From assembly GCA_963737655.1 (NCBI GenBank), contig CAVTTN010000002.1, forward strand, positions 2,432,001 to 2,496,000: 64,000 nt of DNA. The letters are read 5' to 3'. Source of the stretch: an uncultured Planctomycetota bacterium. GTDB lineage: Bacteria > Planctomycetota > Planctomycetia > Isosphaerales > Isosphaeraceae. Under the pieces are notes generated by a model. It worked only from the letters and a program-made list of their open reading frames with translations. It did not search any database and was not told the DNA's origin. A program made the position numbers and the translations under genes. Below, piece after piece: positions 48,617 through 57,501 of the stretch (position 1 is its first letter; each line of letters opens with the position of its first letter).

Positions 48617-49201
48617 CTACAGAACGACCGGCACGGACCCGACGCGGAGGTTCACCACCACGACCCTCGCCAGGCTCCGCGATTCCTCCGGGAACGCCGG
48701 ATCGACCAGCCGGAGCCGGGCCAACTCGTCTCGCGAGGCGTCTGGCGGGGCATCCACGCTCTTGAGCAGCACAAGCTCCCCGGCCCCGAGGCGGACGGCC
48801 AGCCTCGCGGCGATGCTGTCGGTCGTCACGTCCCAGGATTTCGCGAGCGGCCGATCCGAATCGCGGTCGTCGTCGTCCAGCGGAAGTCGAGGCGCCAGAA
48901 CGGGGATGCGCCCGTTCGTGAAGAGCGGCTCGAGATCCTCGAACCGCTCGGCGACCTCCAGCCCCGGGACCATCTCCGCCACGACCCGGGCCGTCAGGTC
49001 GAGCGACCGGACCGCCAACGCGTGGGCCTTCACGGCCCCCAGGCCGAAGGTCCGGTCGAGCTGGCGAATCCAGTCCGCCGCCGGGCCTCCCCCGACGATC
49101 AAAACCGGCCGTTCCTGGCGGCGGGATTCGACGTAAGCCCGAAGCCTCGCAGGGAATTCGGGCCAGTCAAAAAGGCTGCCGCCGACTTTCACGACGATCA
49201 T
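48617..49201 (-). CDS. mfnE: Amino-acid kinase family protein, MfnE-like
   Basis: MIVVKVGGSL, IVGGGPAAD.IR, SWDVTTDSIAA, LLKSVD, VDPAF; coupled to mfnF. Confidence 0.75.
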   Translation of the reverse strand: MIVVKVGGSLFDWPEFPARLRAYVESRRQERPVLIVGGGPAADWIRQLDRTFGLGAVKAHALAVRSLDLTARVVAEMVPGLEVAERFEDLEPLFTNGRIPVLAPRLPLDDDDRDSDRPLAKSWDVTTDSIAARLAVRLGAGELVLLKSVDAPPDASRDELARLRLVDPAFPEESRSLARVVVVNLRVGSVPVVL

Positions 49202-50238
49202 GGCTCGCCTTGATCCTCCGAGGCCAGCAACAGCAACGCCCAGGCGCATCCGGCGGCCGAGGCCACCGGCCCCCAGTCGTCGGCAAGGCTCAGAATCTCC
49301 CCGTCGAGGGCCATGACCCGCTCCGCCACCCTCCGACCGAGGAATTCCCCGGCACCGGCGAGTATGACCGAGCGAGGTTGCCCAAGTTCCGAGCCTTCGC
49401 AGGCCCTCCGGGCCGAGGCGACCAAACGATTGACGATCGCGAGGTCCGCCTCGGTGGCGAAGTCCTGGGCGTCGTCGGCCGAGAACCCCTGACGGTCGGC
49501 CCCGACCATCCGGGCCAGGCGGTCCCGCGATGCCTCGATCGTCGCGGGTCGGCCGTCGGCCGTAGCGACGTCGGCCGGGTCCTCGGGCAGGTCGCCCAGG
49601 GTCAGGTAGACGTCCAGGGTGGTCGCGAACAGCTCGGCGGCCAGGCCGATCGGTCCCCCTCGCCACCGGAGCTCGGTCGCCAGCGAGCAGACCGGCGTCC
49701 GCCTTGACCCCACGTACACCAGCTCGCCGGATCGGAGCCGCTCGGTGTCGGTCCGGCCTCGGGGGATGGGCAATCCGTCTCGCAGGGGGATCAAATCGGT
49801 CGTCGTCGATCCCACGTCGATCAAAAGGGCCGGTCCCTCGGGGACCAGCCGTCCCGCCGCGTGGGCCAGGGCCAGCCAGTTCGCCGCCGCCGCGATCCAG
49901 GGGACTTCGAGGACGTCCTCGACCGAATGAAATCGCCCATCCGTTCCCCAGACCCGGACCGGAATCTCGGCGAAAACCTCCCTGGCGGCCCGGAGGACGT
50001 GGCGGACCCCTTCGGCCTTGGTCTCGAAGCAGTCGCAAAGCTCGGCCGTGGTCGTCAGCGCGACCCGATCGGCCGGAGGCAACGTCGCCACGAGCCTCCC
50101 GAGGACGTCGGCGAGGTCCTCGGGTCGCTTCCAGAGCGCGAACGGGACGCTCCGGGCGGCTCCCGAGGCGTGGGCCGCCTTGAGGTTCGCGCCGCCGATG
50201 TCCAGGGCGATCAGGGGACCTGGAGAAGTCTCGATCAT
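49198..50238 (-). CDS. mfnF: Hydantoinase/oxoprolinase family H4MPT-linked C1 protein, MfnF-like
   Basis: LDIGGANLK, TAELCDCFETKAEGV, AAANW, IDVGSTTTDLIP, ELVYVG..RTP, ELFAT, TADGR. Confidence 0.85.
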   Translation of the reverse strand: MIETSPGPLIALDIGGANLKAAHASGAARSVPFALWKRPEDLADVLGRLVATLPPADRVALTTTAELCDCFETKAEGVRHVLRAAREVFAEIPVRVWGTDGRFHSVEDVLEVPWIAAAANWLALAHAAGRLVPEGPALLIDVGSTTTDLIPLRDGLPIPRGRTDTERLRSGELVYVGSRRTPVCSLATELRWRGGPIGLAAELFATTLDVYLTLGDLPEDPADVATADGRPATIEASRDRLARMVGADRQGFSADDAQDFATEADLAIVNRLVASARRACEGSELGQPRSVILAGAGEFLGRRVAERVMALDGEILSLADDWGPVASAAGCAWALLLLASEDQGEP

Positions 50239-50256
50239 GGGGGGAACCTCATCGCA

Positions 50257-51324
50257 TCACGAGGCCGGGAGAGAGCCGTCGGCGAGGAAGGCGATCGGAG
50301 GGCCGGGCAAGCGGCGAAGTTCGCCCGACTCGTCCTTCGCCCGAGTTGGAAAGGCCGATCCGATCGGACCGTCCGGGTCGATCGAGGCCAGCCAGAGAGC
50401 ACCGAGCGTTCCCGGAGGAAATCGACGCCTCAAACCCACGAACGAGGTCGTCGGCCTCGGGTTGATCTCCAGGACCGTGGATCGGCCGGTCCGAGGATTC
50501 CAGATCGCATCCACTCCGACAAGTCCCAGGAGGCCGGGGACTGCCAGGATCGCCCGCCGAGGCTCGTCGAGCGAACCATCTTCGGGCCCAACCACTTCCT
50601 CGCCGCCGAGATAGGAGAATCGGCCCTCGGTGCAGGCGATCCTCTGGCGGGTCTGGCCGATCGGCGTCGGGCCATCCGCCCCGACGATCCACGCCGACCC
50701 GCGAGGCTCGCCGGCCTCGAACGGCTGAAACAGGGCTTCGGGGAGGGCCAGGGCTTCGGGAGGCAGGTCGTCGGGGCCTTCGAGGAAGAACGTATCGATC
50801 GATCCGGCGCCGTCGATCGGCTTCAGGACCGCCGGATAGGCCGCATCGGCGGGCAAACCGAGGGCCGGGACGACCCGCAAACTCGGAGGGGTCGCAATCC
50901 CTCGCGATCGGAAATGCTCACAGAGCCGAAGCTTGTGGCCGGTCAGGGCGATGGCCTCGACGGTCGACCCGAGCGACCACCCGCCGACCGATTCGATCGT
51001 CTCGGCCCGATCGCGGAGGACGCCTCCGGTCTCGGGGGCGATGCAGAGGGTAAAATCCAGCTCGCGGGCCAGCCGGGCGAACGCCTCGGGCTCGCCTCCG
51101 GAACCGATTCGGACGGTTTGCCACGGTCCGGGTTCGGACGCAAGCCGTTCATCCAGCGTCATTTGGACCGACGCCCCCGGGAGGCTCGCGAACTCCTCAA
51201 CCAGCGCTCGCCTCATGGCCGAACCCTCGGCGGCGAGCGATTTCGGCAGGGGCGAGCCGGCGAATCCTCCCCCGGTCACGAATTCGTGGATCAATACCGA
51301 GAAAGGGCGGACGCGACCCCCCAT
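50257..51324 (-). CDS. mfnD: ATP-grasp protein, tyramine-glutamate ligase MfnD-like
   Basis: HEFVTGGG...SLAAEGSAM, IAPETGG, VLKPIDGAGS, GLVGVD, LEINPRPTTSFVG. Confidence 0.75.
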   Translation of the reverse strand: MGGRVRPFSVLIHEFVTGGGFAGSPLPKSLAAEGSAMRRALVEEFASLPGASVQMTLDERLASEPGPWQTVRIGSGGEPEAFARLARELDFTLCIAPETGGVLRDRAETIESVGGWSLGSTVEAIALTGHKLRLCEHFRSRGIATPPSLRVVPALGLPADAAYPAVLKPIDGAGSIDTFFLEGPDDLPPEALALPEALFQPFEAGEPRGSAWIVGADGPTPIGQTRQRIACTEGRFSYLGGEEVVGPEDGSLDEPRRAILAVPGLLGLVGVDAIWNPRTGRSTVLEINPRPTTSFVGLRRRFPPGTLGALWLASIDPDGPIGSAFPTRAKDESGELRRLPGPPIAFLADGSLPAS

Positions 51325-52114
51325 GAGGATCATCCCCGTGATCGACGTGATGGAAGGACGGGCCGTCCGGGCCGTCCGGGGCGACCGCGCCCATTATCGG
51401 CCGGTCCGCTCGGTCTTGCACGAGGGTTCCGACCCCCTCGGCCTGGCCCGTGCCCTTCGTGATCGCCTCGGATCAACCGAGCTCTACCTGGCCGACCTGG
51501 ACGCCATCCTCGGCAAACCGCCTGCGTTGCCCTTGCTCGGCGAATTCTCCAAATTGCCCATTCGCGTCTGGGTCGATCCCGGGATTCGGGTTTCGGCCGA
51601 CGTGGCTCCCATTCTCCAGGCCGGGGCTGCGGTCGTGGTCCTCGGGCTGGAAACGCTGAGAGGGCCGGCGGTTCTGGCCGAAATCGTGGAAACACACGGC
51701 CCGGATCGGATCGCCTTCAGCCTGGACCTCCGCGACGGCCGCCCGCTGGTTCCGACCGAATCCGCCTGGGGCACCGCCGATCCTCTCCAGCTTGCCGAGA
51801 TCGCCATCGAGGCCGGAATCCGTCGGATGATCGTGCTCGACCTCGCCCGGGTGGGCACCGGCGCCGGGACGGGCACCGAACCACTGATCGCCGGGCTTCG
51901 AACGAGTCATCCGGCGCTCGAAATCGTGGCCGGCGGAGGAATTGCGGGCCGGGACGACCTGGCAAGGCTCGAATCAGCCGGCGCATCGGCCGCCCTCGTC
52001 GGATCGGCGCTTCACGACGGCCGCTTGTTCGATGGGAGCGACCCTCTTTCTGATTCGACACGGATTCGAAGAGGGCCTTCGGCATCCGCAGGTTACGCAG
52101 ATCACGCAGATTAA
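51323..52114 (+). CDS. HisA/HisF-related TIM-barrel protein (C1-cofactor cluster type)
   Basis: MRIIPVIDV..GRAVRAVRGDR..YRP, YLADLDAI, LDLARVG, AGGGI, LVGSALHDG. Confidence 0.85.
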   Translation: MRIIPVIDVMEGRAVRAVRGDRAHYRPVRSVLHEGSDPLGLARALRDRLGSTELYLADLDAILGKPPALPLLGEFSKLPIRVWVDPGIRVSADVAPILQAGAAVVVLGLETLRGPAVLAEIVETHGPDRIAFSLDLRDGRPLVPTESAWGTADPLQLAEIAIEAGIRRMIVLDLARVGTGAGTGTEPLIAGLRTSHPALEIVAGGGIAGRDDLARLESAGASAALVGSALHDGRLFDGSDPLSDSTRIRRGPSASAGYADHAD

Positions 52115-52189
52115 AATTCAAGGAGATGAATTTCATCCTTTTTATCTGCGTAATTTGCGTAATCTGCGGATGCCGAAGGCCCTCTTCGA
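52066..52189. repeat. 124-bp inverted-repeat element with internal CGCAGAT-type 9-mers
   Basis: TCGAAGAGGGCCTTCGGCATCCGCAG...CTGCGGATGCCGAAGGCCCTCTTCGA; contains the stop of the HisA-like gene. Confidence 0.8.
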
Positions 52190-52224
52190 TTCCCTGGTCG
52201 GCCTCGAACGGCACCGTTCCGAAC

Positions 52225-53286
52225 CTATCGAGGCCGGTGGATCAGGGAGAAGATTTTGCCCTCGATACCCAGGATTTCCAGGGACCGCTTTCCGCCGATG
52301 GTGCCCACGCCTCCGGCCCAGTGGAGGGCCAGGCCGTCGGGGCTGAACTTCACGCGGATCACCGATTCGGGGCCGTCGATCTCTCGGAGGATTTTCAGGT
52401 CGCGAGGGTCCCAGAGCGTGATCTTCGCCTTGCTGCCCGAGGTGGCGAGCAGGGAGCCGTCGGGCGACCAGTCGAGGGCATAGAGTTCCTCGGCGTTCGT
52501 CTTGCTTTCGAGGAGGAGACGGCCGTCCGTGGCGTCCCAGATCGCCACCGAGCCATCGACGTAAACCACGGCCAGCAAACGACCTTTGGGGTCGAATTCC
52601 AGCTCCTGGGAGGACGTTTTCGGCAGCTCGAACCTTCGGGCACCGGAGGTTACGTCGAAGAGGATCGTGGTCCCGTTGCGGTTGCCGACGGCCAAGGTCC
52701 GGCCATCGGGGCTGAAGGTCGGGGTCATCCCCCCTTCGACCGGCCCGGCATCGAACGTGCGGATGAGGCGGCCGTCCGACACCCGGAAGAGGGGGACGGT
52801 CGTGCCGTAACCCCCGGTGGCGACAAGGGAACCGTCGGGGGTGAAGACCGGCTTCGCCTGCGAATCCTTCGTGTCGAGCTCGATCGTTCGGCCGGTCTTG
52901 CGGTCGAGGATCACCGGCGGCTTGAAGTTCTCGGTGTAGGCGACGACATCCGACGTGGGGCCGAAGGCGAAGTGGATGATCTTCTTGCCCTCGCCGATGG
53001 TCTCGATCAGGCGGAGGCTCACGGCGTCGCGGACCTCGACCGGCTTCTCCCAGCCGATCACGGCCATCCGGTCGCGATCGGGGCTCCAGGCGATCTCCCA
53101 GACGTCGTCCTTCTCCAGCCGGGCCACCGTCTTGAGCCCGGCCAGGGTCCGGGGCGTGATCGCGGTCCGCCGGTACTGGAAGCCGAGGACCACCCCGACG
53201 ACGGCGACGATCGCCATCCACACGCGGAGGCTCAGCCGCAATCGGGATCGCCGCCTCGGGGCGTGCGCGGTGTCCGGGTGTTCCAT
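52225..53286 (-). CDS. WD40-repeat beta-propeller protein with N-terminal membrane anchor
   Basis: RLRLSLRVWMAIVAVVGV anchor; repeated WSPD/FTPDG/FSPDG...WD units. Confidence 0.85.
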   Translation of the reverse strand: MEHPDTAHAPRRRSRLRLSLRVWMAIVAVVGVVLGFQYRRTAITPRTLAGLKTVARLEKDDVWEIAWSPDRDRMAVIGWEKPVEVRDAVSLRLIETIGEGKKIIHFAFGPTSDVVAYTENFKPPVILDRKTGRTIELDTKDSQAKPVFTPDGSLVATGGYGTTVPLFRVSDGRLIRTFDAGPVEGGMTPTFSPDGRTLAVGNRNGTTILFDVTSGARRFELPKTSSQELEFDPKGRLLAVVYVDGSVAIWDATDGRLLLESKTNAEELYALDWSPDGSLLATSGSKAKITLWDPRDLKILREIDGPESVIRVKFSPDGLALHWAGGVGTIGGKRSLEILGIEGKIFSLIHRPR

Positions 53287-53853
53287 CGGGATCGGCCCTC
53301 GTCTCGGATGGTTCGACACGCTCCCCCAGGATAACGGGCAAGCCGGCCCGATGTCCGATCCCAAATCCGGCACGGCGCCGGACGGTTATTCCGGATCATC
53401 GCGACCAAGGCCCCCGGCGATCGCCGAATCCGTGGCTCGCGGATCTCTTAATGGCGAATTCCGCACAGGATCATGTGATATCGGGTGAAATTCTGGATGA
53501 CTCGCGGCCGCCCCGAAGTGTCCGGGAATTGGGGGCCATCCGGGCCGATCGGGCCTCGCGGCGACTCGATGCATCTCTCTGGGGGAGATCGGCTTGCGAT
53601 TTTAATGACAAAACATGCCGGCGCAAGAGAAACCCCGTGCGCACAACCCGTTGCGCACGCGAATCCAGCCTGATTTCCGGCCTTTTCGCGATTTTCCGAC
53701 GGAAAGCGCTGTCAACTTCTTGGAAATTTAAAAGTGCCGACCTTTGATCAATCCAAGATTTGACGAGACTCCGACACGAGAGTGCGTCAGCTCCCAAGCT
53801 CAAAATCAACGCAGGCCGCCCATCCTGCCCGATCGGGTAGAACGGTTCACGAC

Positions 53854-53949
53854 CGGATGGCGCACGACCGGTCATCGTAGGGCAGGCCTCGGCCTGCCGG
53901 CTTCGCGGGTCTCGGCAGGCCGAGGCCTGCCCTACGGGTGCGCCATCCG
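53854..53949. repeat. REPIN family C (53877-53935) enclosed by a second 12-bp inverted repeat
   Basis: CGGATGGCGCAC ... GTAGGGCAGGCCTCGGCCTGCCG..CGGCAGGCCGAGGCCTGCCCTAC ... GTGCGCCATCCG. Confidence 0.8.
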
Positions 53950-54068
53950 ACCGAGTACCGCTCTAGAATGCTGTCGTCCACGTCGGCAGGGATTCGGATC
54001 GCGCCTGACCGGAGACAGGCTAACCGGCCTCGTAGCCGTCGCACGACGCGGTCGTGGTTTTCGGCATT

Positions 54069-54154
54069 GGGCGGCATGCTGACGTCTTCGTAAGCATGGC
54101 TTCGGCCAGGCATGAACCGAAGCCATGCTTACGAAGACGTCAGCATGCCACCCG
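54069..54154. repeat. REPIN family B
   Basis: GGCATGCTGACGTCTTCGTAAGCATGGCTTCGG...CCGAAGCCATGCTTACGAAGACGTCAGCATGCC. Confidence 0.85.
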
Positions 54155-54340
54155 GCCGAGGGGCTTCGGAGGAGCGACGCTCCGGTCGAGTCGCCTTGAC
54201 CGTCCCCTGGGATTCGGCCATAACGTCGGTCCCCTTTGGGGGGAAGCCGCCCAGGGAAGGGCGGTCGGCCTCTTCGCGAGTCGAGTCGCGATCGCGGTTG
54301 AGGCTCGCCCCGCCAGCTCCGCACGGATGAGGAGTCCCGC

Positions 54341-55904
54341 ATGGGCACCGAATCGTCGAGGACGGACGCCCTCCGCGCCGGCCTCCTGCCCCACCGATGG
54401 GAGCGGGTCGAATCCCCCGGCGAGCCTCGGGTCGTCGCCTCGTACGAGACGGTGATCGCCGGGGCCGGTCCCGCCGGGCTCACGGCCGCTTATGAGTTGA
54501 CCCGTCATGGCCATCCCTGCGTGGTCCTGGAAGCCGACGCGCAGCTCGTCGGCGGGATCAGCCGGACCGACCAGTACAAGGGCTACCGCTTCGACATCGG
54601 CGGCCACCGGTTCTTCTCCAAGAGCGAGGAGGTCAACCGGATCTGGAAGGAGATCCTCGGCGACGAGTTCATCACCCGGGACCGGCTGAGCCGGATCTAC
54701 TACGACCGCAAGTTCTTCCACTACCCGCTGAAGCCCGCCAACGCGCTGGCGAACCTGGGATTGCTCACGTCGTCGCGCGTGGTTCTGAGCTACGTGAAGG
54801 CCCGGCTCCGGCCGATCCAGCCGGAGAGGAGCCTGGAGGACTGGGTGGTCAACCGCTTCGGCCGGCTCCTGTTCGAGATCTTCTTCAAGACGTACACGGA
54901 GAAGGTGTGGGGGATGCCCTGCTCGGAGATCTCGGCCGACTGGGCCGCGCAGAGGATCAAGGGGCTGCAGCCTCGTCGGCGCGGTCGTCAACGCGCTGAT
55001 GCCGGGCAAGGGCAAGGGGAAGGGCGAGGTCATCAAGACGCTGATCGACCGCTTCCAGTACCCGCGGCTCGGGCCCGGCCAGATGTGGGAAGCGGCGCGG
55101 GACCTGGTGAATCGCGGCGGGGGGGCCGTCCACATGGACCGCCGCGTGGAGCGGATCGAGCACGACGGCTCGGCGGTCTCGGCGTTCGTGGCGAGGGACG
55201 CCTCGGGCCAGGAGACCCGCTACCTCGGCCGGAATTTCCTCTCCACGCTGCCGATCCGCAACCTGATCCGGGCCATGAGCCCGGCGGCCCCGGAAAGCGT
55301 CCTGAAGGCGGCGAATTCGCTGAATTACCGCGACTTCCTCACCGTCGTTTTGATCGTCGAAGGGGCCGAGACGTTCCCGGATACGTGGATCTACATCCAC
55401 GAGCCCGACGTGAAGCTCGGGCGCGTGCAAAACTTCAAGAACTGGTCGCCGAGCCTCGTGCCCGACCCGTCCAAGACCAGCCTCGGCCTCGAATACTTCT
55501 GCTTCGAGGGGGACGCGCTCTGGGCCCTGCCCGACGCCGAGCTGATCGCCCTGGGCCGTCGCGAGATCGACGCCATCGGCCTGGTGAAGGCCGATCGCGT
55601 GATCGACGGCTGCGTGGTCCGCATGCCCAAGGCGTACCCGGTCTACGACGACTCGTACCGCGACCACCTCGCCGTGATCCGCGAGTGGCTGGCCCGGTTC
55701 TCCAACCTGGAGCTCGCCGGCCGCAACGGGATGCACAAGTACAACAATCAAGACCACTCGATGATGACGGCCGTCCTCGCGGCCAGGAACATCCTCGGCC
55801 TCGGCCAGTTCGACACCTGGAAGGTCAACACCGACGCCGAGTACCACGAGGAGGAGACCGAAGGCGCCGGCCGGGCCGTCCCGGGCCGATTGACGGAGGC
55901 GTGA
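54341..55904 (+). CDS. FAD-dependent oxidoreductase (amine oxidase / UDP-galactopyranose mutase-like), frameshifted near 54968
   Basis: [33 protein letters not shown]; then [33 protein letters not shown]. Confidence 0.85.
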
Positions 55905-56006
55905 TCGGACGGATCGGGCCTCTCGGAGCCTCGGGATTCTGGTAAGCTCGGGGCCGAAGCCCGCCGAACGGCCATCGGGTTCGGTCCCCTTCCGAGCGAG
56001 CCTCTC

Positions 56007-56231
56007 ATGGACATGAAAACCGTCCTGGACGCCGTCCACTCCTGGCCAGCCGAGGATCGCCTCCGCCTGATCGAGGAGGTCTGGGACGGCCTTTCCGACG
56101 AAGATCGCGACCCGGAACTCACCGACGACGTCAAGGCCCTCCTCGATCGGCGCCTCGCGGCCCTCGACGCGGACCCGGCGAACGTCCTGACCTGGGAGCA
56201 GATCCGGCAATCCGCGCGGCGTCCCCGATGA
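56007..56231 (+). CDS. Addiction module protein (TIGR02574-type putative antitoxin)
   Basis: EDRLRLIEEVWDGL...LLDRRLA...LTWEQIR. Confidence 0.85.
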   Translation: MDMKTVLDAVHSWPAEDRLRLIEEVWDGLSDEDRDPELTDDVKALLDRRLAALDADPANVLTWEQIRQSARRPR

Positions 56232-56256
56232 GCCTGCCCTCCTCGCAAGACCTCCC

Positions 56257-57417
56257 ATGAGCGAGTATCAATACTACGAGTTCCGCACCGTCGATCGCCC
56301 GCTGACCTCGGGGCAGATGGACGAGCTTCGCGAGATCTCGTCCCGGGCCGAGATCACGCCGACGGGCCTCACGAATGAATACTCCTGGGGGAACTTCAAG
56401 GGCGATCCCGACGACCTGATGGATCGCTACTTCGACGCCTTCGTGTACGTCGCCAACTGGGGGACGCACCGGCTGATGTTCCGCGTCCCCCGAGGGCTGC
56501 TGGACGTCCGGGCGGCGGAGGCGTTTTGCGAGGACGAATTCCTGACGGTCCGGGCCGAGGCGACGCACGTCGTCCTCGAATTCGTGTCGGAAGACGAGGA
56601 AGGCGAGGGCTGGATCGAGGGCGACGAGTGGATGCCCTCGCTGATCTCGCTCCGAGCCGAGTTGATCCGGGGCGACCTGCGGGCGCTCTACCTCGGGTGG
56701 CTGGCCTCGGTGCCGATCCGGGACGGGGAGGAGGACGGCGAATCGCTCGAACCGCCGGTGCCCCCGGGGCTGGCGAAGCCGTCGGCCGCGTTGAAGGCGC
56801 TGGCGGAGTTCCTGCGGATCGATGACGAATGGATCGCGGTCGCGGCGGAGGGGAACCCGGCGGGGCCTCCGCCGGAGCCGTCACGGGCCGACCTGGCCCG
56901 GTGGATCGCGGGGCTTCCGGCCGCCGAGAAGGACGGCTATCTCGTCCGCTTCCTCGCCGATGAGGCCGACCTGGCCGTTCGCGCCGAGATGTCCCGGAAG
57001 TTCCGCGCCGCGACCGCGCCGAAGGGCAAGAAGGCCGCCCCGGAACCCCATCGCCGGACGGTCGCCGAGCTCCGTGCCGCGTTCGAGGCCCGGATCGCGG
57101 AGAAGACGAAAAAGGCCGAGGCGAAGGCCGCGAAGGAACGGGCCGAGCGCGATCGGACGAAGGCCGAGGAGCGTGCGAGGCGCCTCGACGCCCTCTCTCG
57201 CCGGGAGGCCGAAGCGTGGCGGGACGTGGAGCGGAAGATCGCCTCGACGCAGCAAACGCAGTATGACGAGGCCGTCGAGTTGCTGGTGGACCTCCGAGAC
57301 CTCGCCGCCAGGTCGGGCCGGCAGGCCGAGGCGCTCGCGAAGATCCAGGAGATCCGCCTCCGGCACAGGCGGAAGTCCAGCTTCGTCCATAAGCTCGACG
57401 CCAAGGGGCTTCGATGA
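56257..57417 (+). CDS. Conserved hypothetical protein
   Basis: MSEYQYYEFRTVDRPLT...ISSRAEIT...YFDAFVYVANWG...GDLRALYLGWL...PPVPPGL...YDEAVELLVDLRD. Confidence 0.8.
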   Translation: MSEYQYYEFRTVDRPLTSGQMDELREISSRAEITPTGLTNEYSWGNFKGDPDDLMDRYFDAFVYVANWGTHRLMFRVPRGLLDVRAAEAFCEDEFLTVRAEATHVVLEFVSEDEEGEGWIEGDEWMPSLISLRAELIRGDLRALYLGWLASVPIRDGEEDGESLEPPVPPGLAKPSAALKALAEFLRIDDEWIAVAAEGNPAGPPPEPSRADLARWIAGLPAAEKDGYLVRFLADEADLAVRAEMSRKFRAATAPKGKKAAPEPHRRTVAELRAAFEARIAEKTKKAEAKAAKERAERDRTKAEERARRLDALSRREAEAWRDVERKIASTQQTQYDEAVELLVDLRDLAARSGRQAEALAKIQEIRLRHRRKSSFVHKLDAKGLR

Positions 57418-57427
57418 CGAGGAGTTT

Positions 57428-57501
57428 GTTGCGGGCTTCGCCCGGCTTGCGATTGGTGCATTTCATGCACCGGACATGACGGTGCATTTCATGCACCCTA
57501 C
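57428..57501 (-). repeat. Two REP family A copies plus GGGCGAAGCCC hairpin, between convergent genes
   Basis: GGTGCATTTCATGCACC at 57455 and GGTGCATTTCATGCACCCTAC at 57481. Confidence 0.85.

Noticed and set aside
51323..52114. Histidine biosynthesis gene hisA
   Set aside because: Motifs (RGDR..YRP, YLADLDAI, LDLARVG) and mfn context fit the C1-cofactor-associated paralogue, and no his genes are nearby.
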